DNA from: Hydrurus foetidus
Taxonomy: Eukaryota
Length of the DNA: 38,678 nucleotides
Direction: 5' to 3'
Assembly (NCBI GenBank): GCA_900617105.1
Contig: UYFQ01000130.1
Coordinates: 1-38,678 of the forward strand
In this document: one piece after another, positions 1-11,344 of the stretch
Layout of the letters: every line of letters begins with the position of its first letter
Numbering within the stretch: the stretch's first letter is position 1
Translations under genes and position numbers: made by a program
Notes under the pieces: generated by a model
Databases searched by the model: none
Told to the model about the DNA's origin: nothing
The model's input: only the letters and a program-made list of their open reading frames with translations

Positions 1-272
1 GTAGTCGCGGCCGGATTCGAGTACGAAGAATCCGGGTAAAGACGGTATGCTGGAGTAAACTGTTAGGTTAGTTACAGTTTGTGAAAGAAGCGAGCAAGCA
101 GCTAACAACAGACACAAACGATAGGCTACAAGGGTGCTGATGCTGATGAGCGTCCGTTACCGGTGGACAGTTGATGTGGATGAAAATAGACTATGGGTGC
201 GTGAATTATATACATACGTGAATATATACAAACGTATATAAAGTGTACGGTGAACGTACGTGCTAGGCTACA
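1..272 (-). repeat. 3' LTR of Gypsy A
   Basis: Near-identical to 5909-6180; minus-strand start TGTAGCC. Confidence 0.95.
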
Positions 273-288
273 CTACTCCTTCCTCCTT
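273..288 (-). other. Polypurine tract of Gypsy A
   Basis: Minus strand AAGGAGGAAGGAGTAG directly before the 3' LTR TG. Confidence 0.85.
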
Positions 289-604
289 AAAATTTAAGTT
301 AAGTGAAAGAAAATGAATGTGAGTGAAAATACATGTGGTAACGTATAGCTCATTTGAAAAAGGTGCCACTTCAAATTATTCAGGGATCCCATACGCCTAT
401 CTATCGTCAAAGATTTGGTAGTATGTGTGGATATGAAAATCAAAATGTTGTTGACACGATTTTCATCGGCGGCACTCCTTAGAGTCGGGGTATAATATCT
501 AAACAATTATGTCAGACTCTTACTGACTAAAAACTCCCAAAAAGAATGTTGACCGACAACAAACAAAAAATAGGGTTGAAATCCATCATGGATATTGTTT
601 AGTA

Positions 605-1036
605 TTATATATTTGTATCTACAACGTTTGTAAACTTTCTAGGTATTAAACGTTGAAGATTGTTAGATGTCAAGTATTCGTGTAATTTTTCGGTATCACG
701 AAGATTGGCATAGGATGTCCATGAATTGTGTTCATCGGCATAACCTAACCATTTGACAAGGAATTCTAACGAAGTTTTGCGTTGTAAGTCACCACGATGT
801 TCAAGGATATTTTCAATATAAAATTCCATATAATCATGACGAGCAACGTCTAATGGTTCAACACGTAGTGGATCAAAAAGAAAAGGTTTCATATCTGAAA
901 CATGATATTCTTTTTCGACATGAGAGATAAGATCATAAAGGGTAAACCTTGAGTTTGATCCGGAAATAACTCTCATAGGACCACGCCAGAACGTATGAAG
1001 ACGTGTAGGCGGGTGACCTGTACGGTAATGTACCAA
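605..1036 (-). pseudogene. Integrase C-terminus and chromodomain of Gypsy A (frameshifted from pol)
   Basis: WRGPMRV (GPY/F-like motif); FYIENILEHR...FLVKWLGY...NSW chromodomain. Confidence 0.9.
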
Positions 1037-3084
1037 TACATACGTTCCGGGTTGGAAATCCGTATGTTGTAATTGTTTTTATGTGTCATATGAAGTAAGT
1101 CAGTGCGAAGAAGCTCTTTAGCAGCTGCTTTTCTAAGACTATCTTGTGTCTTGAGAAGGTTACTCATATAGACTGACATAGATTTCTTTGAAGGAGGAAC
1201 TTCGTCAATTGGACGGAACATACCACGATCAAGATTAACACAGTTACCAAACAGTAATTGTGCAGAAGATATCTTTAAACGATCACTATGATTTGAATTA
1301 ATTATTCTCATAACGAAAGGTAAAGCTAATTTGTAATCTTCTAATGAAGTGTTGTCGTATGTGAGTGATCGGATGTGACGGTTAATCTCTTTGTTCATAC
1401 GTTCAACAATAGCATTTTCCTCCTTAGAGTAAGCTAATGTTAAACAGTGTCGAGTACCAACAAACGATAAAAACTCACGTATTACGTCAGCAATAAAGTG
1501 GGGACCGTTATCTGATCTTAACTGATGAGGTGCTCCGAAACGACCAAAATGTTGTATTAGACATTGGGCGGCGGATAGTGCAGTTGAATCAGTAGTATGA
1601 TACAATTCAGTCCAACGAGTGAATGTATCAATGATAACGAGGATATGTCCTCCGTCAGGAAATGGACCGACAAAGTCGATGTTTAAACATTCCATAGGGT
1701 AATACGACGAAGTCGTAAAAGGATGAGCATGAATAGGTATTTTAATCATACTCATCTTTTGACATTGTGGGCAAAAGTCAATGAAATATCTAACATGATT
1801 TTCCATGAATTCCCACTTATGTTGATTTGCTTTCAATCGTTTCATAGTTCTGGCTAGTCCAAAATGACCAACCATAGAATTGTGAACTGATGATATAGCA
1901 TTGTATTGCATATCGGTGAGTTGAATTTTCGGAATAATAGCTGCTGCAAGAATCATATCTGCAGAGTATTCCTTAGGTGAGTCGATCATATTGTTACGAC
2001 ATAGTCGAGACATAGAGTCGGCGATATCATTATCAACACCTTTAATAAATTCAATTTTATATGTATACTCTGAGAGTGCTACATACCACCGAACAATCAT
2101 TGGATTAGAATTGTTATATATGTATAACAGATTTCTATGATCCGTTCGAATTGTAAATAATCTATCACGTAAAAGTGATTGTAGAAAAATACAAGAATAG
2201 TAAATTGCATAAGCTTCCTTTTGAATAGTGGACCAACGAAGTTGAGACCCAGAAAGAGATTTGCTTACAAATGCAACCGGATAGTCCTTTCCATCAATAG
2301 TCTGGAAGAGGTAACCACCGATACCATAATCAGATGCATCAGTGTGCAACGTGATTGGTGCAGTATCACTAATGAAATGAATGGTAGTACATTTCGATAC
2401 TTGTTCCTTTATTTCATTAAAAGCAGAAGTTGCTTCTGGTGTCCATACTATCCGTTTTGTTCTTTGATAATTTGTAAGTAACGCATGTAACGGTCTTACT
2501 ATCGTAGACTGATTTCTGATGAAATCACGGAAATAGTTTACCAATCCAAGAAAACTTTTAAGTTGTTTGGATACAGTAGGACAAGGAAAATCCAAAACTA
2601 ATTGGATTTTACTCTGGGACATTCTAAGTCCCTCTTGTGATATAACCTTACCAACAAATTTTAAATCGGCATAGCCAAGATAACATTTGGATGGTTTAAG
2701 GATCATTTTATGGAGACGAACGCGAGAAAAGAATTCTCGCAGTCGTGCAACAAAGTTGTCAGGACTGTTTCCAAAAATGTTAACGTCATCGATATAAATT
2801 TCTAAAATTCTATAAAGTAACGTATTTAACACTTCAGTAGCAATCATCTCTTGAAAATAAGAAGGTGCTTGCTTTAGACCAAAAGGTAGTCTAGTAAACT
2901 GATAGACACCACTATATAATATAAACGAAGTATATTTTTTAGTAGCGAGTGTTAATGCGGCTTGATGGTATGCTTGAGCAAAATCCACCGTGCCAAAGAT
3001 CGTCGGTTTCTGAGAACCGATTCTCTGTAACATTTCCGTTATGTTCGGTACGGGCCAAGAGGCATGTTCCGTACATTCGTTCAA
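973..3084 (-). pseudogene. pol: pol fragment of Gypsy A: RT, RNase H, integrase
   Basis: LPFGLKQAP, YIDD, TDASDYGIG, TDHRNL, HHCC zinc finger (H..GH..CPQC), IDFVGP, SDNG, VERMN. Confidence 0.95.
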
Positions 3085-3197
3085 GTTACGGTAATCTATA
3101 ACGAATCTTTTAGATCCGTCAGCCTTAGTTACTAAAAATCCTTGGCTATAATAAGCCGCCGTGGATTTCTCAATAATACCCTGCTCAATGAGGATAT

Positions 3198-5807
3198 TTA
3201 ATTGTCTAGTAATCTCCTTCTGATTGGCTGCTGATTGAGGTCTAGGTGGTTGTCTATTTTTAGAGACACGCCACTTAGGTCCTGAACAACCAGATCAAAA
3301 GGAGGAATAGAAGCAGGCTGAGATGAAAGTGTATTTGAAAAGATATCTCTGTATTCAATACAGAGTAGTCTAATCAACTCCTGAAGTTCAGGAGTACCCG
3401 ATATGTTAATCAGGGATACTGGGTCAACCGGTTCCGGATTGGTATCCGGTAACCAAGGTGAAAAGGTACTAGCCTCATGTTCACCGATTTCATCATCATC
3501 TGGCATAGCCAGTTGAGATGTATTCTCGGATTGAATGACGAGAGAAGCTAGTAGACCTGATACAATAACCCTTTGGGGTGTTACTGAGGTCGCTGCCCTG
3601 TGCACTATATTAGTCGATGCTAATTGACTAGGCAACTCGAGGAATATTTGTGATTCCCGAATTGTCACTCGTCCGATCACAACATCGACTGAAGACTTGT
3701 TTAAAATAATTGCTTTGAAATTTAAAAAAGTATTTTTATTTAAACGTTCAGAAAAGTAAGTCATTTTCAAATTTATAGACTTAGAAATGTTATAACATTT
3801 TCCATCTAAGGCTGAACAAACAGTCAGTGTCTTGTCGAAAATAATAAATTCTTCTAAATGAAAATTCTTAATTACACGCATGGCAACAAAATTGCCGGCG
3901 AGCGATCCCGTATCGATCAGCACTTGGACTTCATTTCTTGGCTGGCTGGGCTGTGACACATAGGTGACAGTAGCAGTTAGAAAGTCGGCTGACGAAAGGT
4001 TCGTAAGAGCTCCCAATATGGAAGAAGGAATAACAACATCAGTGAAACTAATAGTTGATGATAACTTACTTGTCTTCTTTAAGCTCTTTTGCTTAGTGAC
4101 CGGCTTAGACGGACCCTCCGGTACAGCCGAGGCTGACGCGGTAGCAGTAGAAGAAGAGGAAGAAGAGGAGGTGGTAGGCACGTACGCTCCTCTTGCAACC
4201 AATGCATCAGGGTAATCCTTTTTCAGTTTCTTAAATGCATTGCTATCAGCATATGCACTGTCAGAAGAATTGAAGTAGGGTGATGCAGTAAATCTACACA
4301 CAGAGATAGTGTGATTAGATCTTCCACAACCAACACAGACCTGTACGGTGCGAGTGGTTGAGGGATTCGAAGACTTTGCAGTCTTCGCGGACTTAGCACG
4401 TGGTTTGATGGTGTCCTCATCAGGCTCAGCAGCGCGTTTGGAGATAGGCTTATCTTTAGAACGCGTAGCTGGGCCTGGAGTAACCTCATAACCAGCAGCC
4501 CGAAGCTCGTTAGCTGAGTTTCTGAGAGTAGTCAGTTGCGTCCACCAAACGAATCGAAAATCTTTCAAATCGTTGATTGGAACAGTCTCACCGTTCACCT
4601 TGCGGCGTAAGATGAGCTGCCAATTGACGGGGTGGGTAGGCAACTGACGCTCTAGAATCTTAACAGCCTTAAGCTGTTCCTCAGCAGTAGTGCTGGGGAA
4701 ATTTGCTACCAATGCACCAAGGGCAGTATCGTTACAGGAGTCAGTCTCAATGTTGTTCAAATCAAATCTGAAATTGAACGATGAGACTTGCTCGAGGAAC
4801 GATGCCTGACCCAAAGGTGTATCGATGGACTCATCAGGTACTGCCTTGAGGAGTTCTTTGCAGAATCTCTCGGTAGTCCATGACTTCCACTCTTCGCACT
4901 CGTCGCGAATTGCTCTCTCAGTGCAATACTGCCTTTGCAGGAGTGTTACAAGAGATTGCTCGACGTCTAATGGTACCACGTCAAGAAACGTATAGGGGCA
5001 ACCATTCTTGCGAAGGTCGTTGGTGATGCTTAAAACTTCCAGATGAGTTGGAACCTTGCTGAGCTTTCTAACCTTTTCATGAGGTAATAGATAGCGTGCA
5101 GCAAGGTTTGAAACAACAACATCGGTAGTAACACCACCAACGGTAGCAAAAGTTGCCACACTCTGAACATTACTGTTCATGACATTGCTGTCGGAAGTGG
5201 GCAACAGGGAATCGGTTTGCACCGGGTTTGCAGGCAAAACTGCGGCAGATAACACAGGCAGCACAGGCAAAGCAGGTAAGACATCACGCACAATGACAGG
5301 TAGTGGCGTGATGTCGGTGGCGGCGATGGCGGTGATGGCGGTGATGTCGGCGGTGGCGGCTATCATCGTGGATGATGATGGTGATGGTGCTGGTGGCGAA
5401 GGCGCCGGCTCCAAAAATACTCCATCCACTCGCTGGGGAAGTTGTTGATGTTCAACAGAGACTTCCCCCGCTTGGGATATCGCTAGATCCGCTGTAAAAG
5501 CTCCAGATGGAGCGGAAGATGGCTGCAAAAAATTTTGCAAGGGGTTTCCCCCTCCCACGCCGGGGGCCAAATTCGAGAAGGGGTTAGAGGCGATAGATAG
5601 ATGTGCTGCGACGTCAGTCGCAGCAACAGATGGCTCTGGAAGCGAGGGAGGATTCGCCGAGTCGGAATCTCCCGTTGTGCTAGCGTCCTGGCTGTTGGCG
5701 ACGATTTCGTCGACAGCGTCAGTTGATGGCGCTTCCTGTGAAATCGACAGGGGAGCCGTCGAAACGGCCGATACCCTGGAAAGTCTTCGTCGGTTGCTGG
5801 AAACCAT
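3198..5807 (-). pseudogene. gag: gag-protease of Gypsy A (originally continuous with pol; frameshifts at about 3280 and 3100-3140)
   Basis: CCHC knuckle CVGCGRSNHTISVC; aspartic protease LIDTGS; RT N-terminal sequence continues in other frames. Confidence 0.9.
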
Positions 5808-5907
5808 ACTGGTGATCAGTGCCAGATGGTCGTCGGATGTCGGCGGTTGAAAATCTATCTAGCTCTCCAGTAACGAGAGTTCGTCTAACAACTCTCAATA
5901 TTAATAT

Positions 5908-6180
5908 TGTCGTCGCGGCCGGATTCGAGTACGAAGAATCCGGGTAAAGACGGTATGCTGGAGTAAACTGTTAGGTTAGTTACAGTTTGTGAAAGAAGCG
6001 AGCAAGCAGCTAACAACAGACACAAACGATAGGCTACAAGGGTGCTGATGCTGATGAGCGTCCGTTACCGGTGGACAGTTGATGTGGATGAAAATAGACT
6101 ATGGGTGCGTGAATTATATACATACGTGAATATATACAAACGTATACGAAGCGTACGGTGAACGTACGTGCTAGGCTACA
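5908..6180 (-). repeat. 5' LTR of Gypsy A (273 bp, TG...CA)
   Basis: Direct repeat of 1-272. Confidence 0.95.
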
Positions 6181-6233
6181 GCACCACGACACATAAGATA
6201 CGTTTGACAACATCACCAACAAAAAAAGAAGGC

Positions 6234-6316
6234 TTCCCGCCGTCAGGCGGGAATTTCCCGCCGTTTCGGCGGGAAACTTTCCTACCCCTGATTTGAAATT
6301 TCCCCCCCCCCCAAAG
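6234..6316. other. Cluster of TTCCCGCC/GGCGGGAA inverted repeats plus a degenerate half of the YR-unit boundary site
   Basis: TTCCCGCC-GTCA-GGCGGGAA; TTTCCCGCCG-TTT-CGGCGGGAAA; TTGAAATTT-C11-AAAG resembling 10961-10985. Confidence 0.6.
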
Positions 6317-6802
6317 ATTAATGAATTTACCGCCAATATCAGAATTTTATATTAAGCCAAATTTCAGTCAATTCAAGCTCTATTATAAAACCGAAAATGT
6401 TGTTCTGCTGACGAGATCTGCTCGTCGGAAAGGATGATATTATTCACATCACCAACTCAAACTCAGATCTAGAACACATCAAAGGACACAGAATGGCTGC
6501 GCCCGAGTCAGAAATTCATCTTCTTCGTTGAACATGAAGCCCCATGAATCAAGAAATCTTTTCGGACGGGCTCAGATTCGATTCAAACCGGTGTCAACAG
6601 GTTGAATTCATATCATTGCAAAGTTGCCAATTGAATCTGACGTCGCCGTCCGCCTACATTAACCACTCATTGAATATATCTTCTACGGCCACTTCAAAAT
6701 CAGCTGGAGACCGTAATCAATGATTAGATCGCACTCATAAAAAATTCTGCTCAACATCAACCATCTCCGCATTTCTCGATAACTGAACTCCACATTCCAA
6801 GT

Positions 6803-8132
6803 GACCGCCAACTCATTTTAGTTGTTTTAACAACTCTAACCCACCTTGGATGCACCACTGAGCAGCGCAATACCGTCGCCATCGTGCTCCGGCGCCTGGA
6901 AGCAGGTTGTCAGAGCGGTCAAAAGTGAGTACTACAGCTGCAGGAGACCACTTTGGGACACTCGCCCTACTCGACCGCCAACTCATTTTAGTTGTTTTAA
7001 CAACTCTAACCCACCTTGGATGCACCACTGAGCAGCGCAATACCGTCGCCATCGTGCTCCGGCGCTTGGAAGCAGGTTGTCAGAGCGGTCAAAAGTGAGT
7101 ACTACAGCTGCAGGAGACCACTTTGGGACACTCGCCCTACTCGACCGCCAACTCATTTTAGTTGTTTTAACAACTCTAACCCACCTTGGATGCACCACTG
7201 AGCAGCGCAATACCGTCGCCATCGTGCTCCGGCGCTTGGAAGCAGGTTGTCAGAGCGGTCAAAAGTGAGTACTACAGCTGCAGGAGACCACTTTGGGACA
7301 CTCGCCCTACTCGACCGCCAACTCATTTTAGTTGTTTTAACAACTCTAACCCACCTTGGATGCACCACTGAGCAGCGCAATACCGTCGCCATCGTGCTCC
7401 GGCGCTTGGAAGCAGGTTGTCAGAGCGGTCAAAAGTGAGTACTACAGCTGCAGGAGACCACTTTGGGACACTCGCCCTACTCGACCGCCAACTCATTTTA
7501 GTTGTTTTAACAACTCTAACCCACCTTGGATGCACCACTGAGCAGCGCAATACCGTCGCCATCGTGCTCCGGCGCTTGGAAGCAGGTTGTCAGAGCGGTC
7601 AAAAGTGAGTACTACAGCTGCAGGAGACCACTTTGGGACACTCGCCCTACTCGACCGCCAACTCATTTTAGTTGTTTTAACAACTCTAACCCACCTTGGA
7701 TGCACCACTGAGCAGCGCAATACCGTCGCCATCGTGCTCCGGCGCTTGGAAGCAGGTTGTCAGAGCGGTCAAAAGTGAGTACTACAGCTGCAGGAGACCA
7801 CTTTGGGACACTCGCCCTACTCGACCGCCAACTCATTTTAGTTGTTTTAACAACTCTAACCCACCTTGGATGCACCACTGAGCAGCGCAATACCGTCGCC
7901 ATCGTGCTCCGGCGCTTGGAAGCAGGTTGTCAGAGCGGTCAAAAGTGAGTACTACAGCTGCAGGAGACCACTTTGGGACACTCGCCCTACTCGACCGCCA
8001 ACTCATTTTAGTTGTTTTAACAACTCTAACCCACCTTGGATGCACCACTGAGCAGCGCAATACCGTCGCCATCGTGCTCCGGCGCTTGGAAGCAGGTTGT
8101 CAGAGCGGTCAAAAGTGAGTACTACAGCTGCA
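6803..8132. repeat. Tandem array, 170-bp unit, about 7.8 near-identical copies
   Basis: Period 170 (6803, 6973, 7143...); only one variant base seen, in the first copy. Confidence 0.97.
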
Positions 8133-8288
8133 TGAATTATGAATTATTTGATCGTGCTTAGCTACTTAAATCAAGAATGGTTTCGCATGAATTATGAGTT
8201 AATTGGTCGCACTATGCTACTTAAACTGTTCGCCTTCGAGCGAGTACTGGTCTCTGCCTTTATCATACTAAACAGTAATCGTCAGGAA

Positions 8289-10825
8289 TCAAAACAGCTG
8301 GTTACACAGATACTCTAACTTTGCTTCCTTTCTGAGAGGAATTTTTCGTGCTGTTGCTGAGCTGCTACTGCTGCAGCTTTTGCTCTTGCTGCTGCTACTG
8401 CTACTACTCGCAGCAGCGGAGCGGATGCCAGAGATGTCACTCTCAGTAGGATCAACATACTTCAACATTTTCCATCGCCTTGCCATTGCCCCAACACTGA
8501 GAGTCTTGACGTTGCCGACTTTCCCCTCCTTCAAGATTAAGTAGTCATTGGTCAGCTTGGCAAGTGCCTTTGATATGCCGCGAGATTTCATCTCCCATAC
8601 TTTGTAGTTGGGATCCTTGGCAGCATCCGGTACAGGAGCATTGAGGTCATCGATTTGTTCCTTACTTGCAAGCTTCACGATCAGTTTCATTATGCTTTTG
8701 GCATCACTAGCATTGTCACTGCTTGTCTTGTTGCCCACCACCATTGCCCATTTCGAAGAATTCAGTGTTACTCCAGTGCTCTTAATTTGCCCCAGGTTCT
8801 TAGCGTACCAGTCATAAATGAAGGTCTCTGCCGGCATATGAGAGAGCTCAAGTATATTGTACCCAGTAACCGACCTCCGAAATTGATCATGAAATAGTTG
8901 ACATCGGCTGGCAGGAACAGTCTCCTTGATAGACTCTACATAATGCATGAGGACAATGTAGTGTTAGGCACTGCGTAGGTAGGCATTTGTGAATCAGCAG
9001 CTATATGTACTGTAGTACCTTCAACTTCTCCAGCATCTGGAATTGCTTCCACGCAGGGTCTTTTCTTTGCAGAACTACGAGGAGCGTGACAGCTATTCGA
9101 TTTATCCTCTTTCATTCCATTCACTGCATATTTGACATCATTTAACAGACCAATCATGGACTCCATTTGTGCGGTCATAATTGCATTAGCCTGTCGAAGT
9201 TACAAAGAGTCAGCATCATAGGAAGAACAGAGAGGCAGAGGAGAAATTAGAAATAAATACCTCTTGGCTGCTTCGAACTCTTTCCTCAAGGATGATAATT
9301 CTTTCTAAAAGAACAGGAATGAGAGATTCACCCTCTCGTAGGTTGGCCTCCATGTTATCATTCTCAAACTTCGTCTTTACTGATGAACTCCATTGAAGCA
9401 GTACTGCAAGAGTTATCCCGCACTCATGAGCATTCTCTGTGATAACCCTGAGTACCGTGTGATTCGGGTAAGTTGAGCGCATATGGGGTAGATAGAGTAG
9501 AAAGGTTGCGAACAGGCATTTTGCCAAAGGCCACAGCTTCCCTCCTGAGTGCATTGAAGGAACCGAACACTGGAACAACTTCATGATGAGGTTTTCCACT
9601 TGAGTGTGATTCGTAGGAGTAATGAATACACATTCTGGCTGGTACACACTGACCCGCGAATCAGCCCAACCTGATAAGGCGCGTCCCGCTGATGAAATAG
9701 GGTTCAAAATTCCTTCGATATATATGAACAGACGGCTTATTCCCTTTCCTTCCCATCCACCACGCAGTACGATATCGATGAACTTTATCGTTCGATGGGA
9801 AGCGAGATAATTTGCTGCGCCGACCCTGCAAAATTGGAAAAGTACGAAGTTAGCTCTCTAGATAAGAAAAACTTAAAAGTATTTCAGTAGACGTACCTGA
9901 GTGATGTTCCTTCGTAGTCTCTACTGCTTTGAGCAATAGTCTCATCGTCACATTGCGAAAGAGCTTCCCTCACATACTTCGTGACCAATGATGCTGCAGA
10001 CTCGGCGTTTCGAGCAAGGTCAGGCATGATCCAGTTGCAGTCACTAGTCTGACTCAACTTTGCGTTGCCACCACCAAGAGCGAGGTAGCAGGCCAATGAG
10101 TGATAAAAGTCTATCACCATGGACGATTTGTCCGAAAAAAAGTTCATGGGGTCCGAATCACCCGTTTTGATCTCACTCCAGTCCATCAGAAGATTACCCA
10201 GCTCGTAATCCCACACCACCGATGACCACGTTGAGCACGCGGCTTCTCCAGCCCGACCTACTGCCAAGAATGTCATATTGATTGCCAGTCTTCTTTTCAT
10301 GGCCTCCATTCTACCGTCTCGCATTAATGCTTCTGATATGGTTATCAGTAAATTCCTGCCGATAGCTTGAGAACTCTCTGAAACCGGTTGTCCGTTGACT
10401 ATCTGTCGACGATTGACTTTTTTTTCTAAAGCAACTCTCAAAGACGGATACCATCTGTCAAGGCAGCGCACTTCCCATAATGCGTTTTGTGGAAACTTCT
10501 TCTGGGCAAACTCCTTAATCGCGGACAAATATTGAATCGCAGTCCTAGACATCAGATAATCGCGGTTTGCGTTCTTGCTGTTCGTAGCATTTTCAAGGAG
10601 GTAAGTAGAGAACTCGCGAAATAGTTTCTCGCTACAAAGTTCGTCTTCACTCAACAGGTCAATTGATGCTTTTTGAGTCTGAGGGCTGATGCCAATTACT
10701 TTCGTCGCGCAAAACTGATTGAATTGCACCTTTGCCGAAGATCTCCCAGCTTCAGTTGCCCTAGAAGTTCCGGCAGAAGCCAACTCTAGGTACTCAACAG
10801 GAACTGCAACACGAGTATCAGTCAT
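8289..10825 (-). CDS. Crypton-like tyrosine recombinase A, about 770 aa; exons 10825-9897, 9825-9261, 9190-9019, 8935-8289
   Basis: YR motifs GRAGE (R), IKTG (K), GTSLR (H-x-x-R with H>T), RGGW, LFIY (Y); three GT-AG introns of 71, 70 and 83 bp restore one open frame; C-terminal FIYDWY domain possibly GCR1_C-like. Confidence 0.8.
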
Positions 10826-10967
10826 TTTCGAGATAAGTAAGGATGGAATACCGAGGCAACTGCTGATGCTGTGACTGTCCACGCGCCGCACTGTGTCTGT
10901 CCACGCGTCTAATTCTGTTCAAAACTTCATTATACTTCAAAGATATGGGACACGTATTCATCGAAAT

Positions 10968-10998
10968 TTCCCGCCATCCCTAAAGGGGATGGCGGGAA
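10968..10998. other. Putative YR recombination site, 13-5-13 perfect inverted repeat
   Basis: TTCCCGCCATCCC-TAAAG-GGGATGGCGGGAA at the junction of units A and B. Confidence 0.65.
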
Positions 10999-11344
10999 GC
11001 CACTATGATATCCTTCAACAACTCAGTATCAGAACACAGACAAGCACAAAGAATTGCAGCTTCTGAGTCAGAAATTCGTCTTCCTCGTTGAAGATGAAAC
11101 CCCACCAGCCAAAAAAAATCTCGTGCACCAACAGATTCGATTCAAATCGAAGTCAACAGGTTGAATATGTACCATTGTGATCATGCAACATGAATCTAAC
11201 GTCGCCAGTCAGCAAAAATGACCACTCACCGCAAATATCTTTCACAGTCACGGAAAAAATCAGCGAGATACTAGAATCGAAGAGCAGACTCAACTAACTG
11301 CTACGACTGTCGACCTCGGCATAAAACATATTTTTAGACCAATG

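Larger units (their letters stand above)
1..6180 (-). mobile_element. Ty3/Gypsy chromovirus LTR retrotransposon A, near full-length, frameshifted
   Basis: Direct LTRs at 1-272 (first base outside window) and 5908-6180 with about 4 differences; PPT next to the 3' LTR; gag-PR-RT-RNaseH-IN-chromodomain order. Confidence 0.95.
6293..10985 (-). mobile_element. Crypton-like tyrosine-recombinase DNA element, unit A (left boundary approximate)
   Basis: Intact spliced YR gene, 170-bp array, non-coding end (about 6435-6800) homologous to about 11005-11340; right end at the palindromic site. Confidence 0.7.

Noticed and set aside
140..190. Hammerhead ribozyme at CTGATGAG in LTR A
   Set aside because: There is no correctly placed GAAA after stem II, and it is antisense to the element.
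3084..3290. Programmed frameshift between gag-PR and pol in element A
   Set aside because: Two separate shifts fall inside the RT N-terminal region and another lies in the integrase. This fits decay or sequence error rather than recoding.
6803..8132. CRISPR array, or the many 61-79 aa ORFs in the 170-bp repeat
   Set aside because: The units are contiguous with no unique spacers and there are no cas genes. The ORFs simply recur with the repeat, and 170 is not a multiple of 3.
9884..10891. Stand-alone 335-aa bacterial-type integrase
   Set aside because: It lacks the catalytic Tyr unless spliced; the introns and context are eukaryotic.
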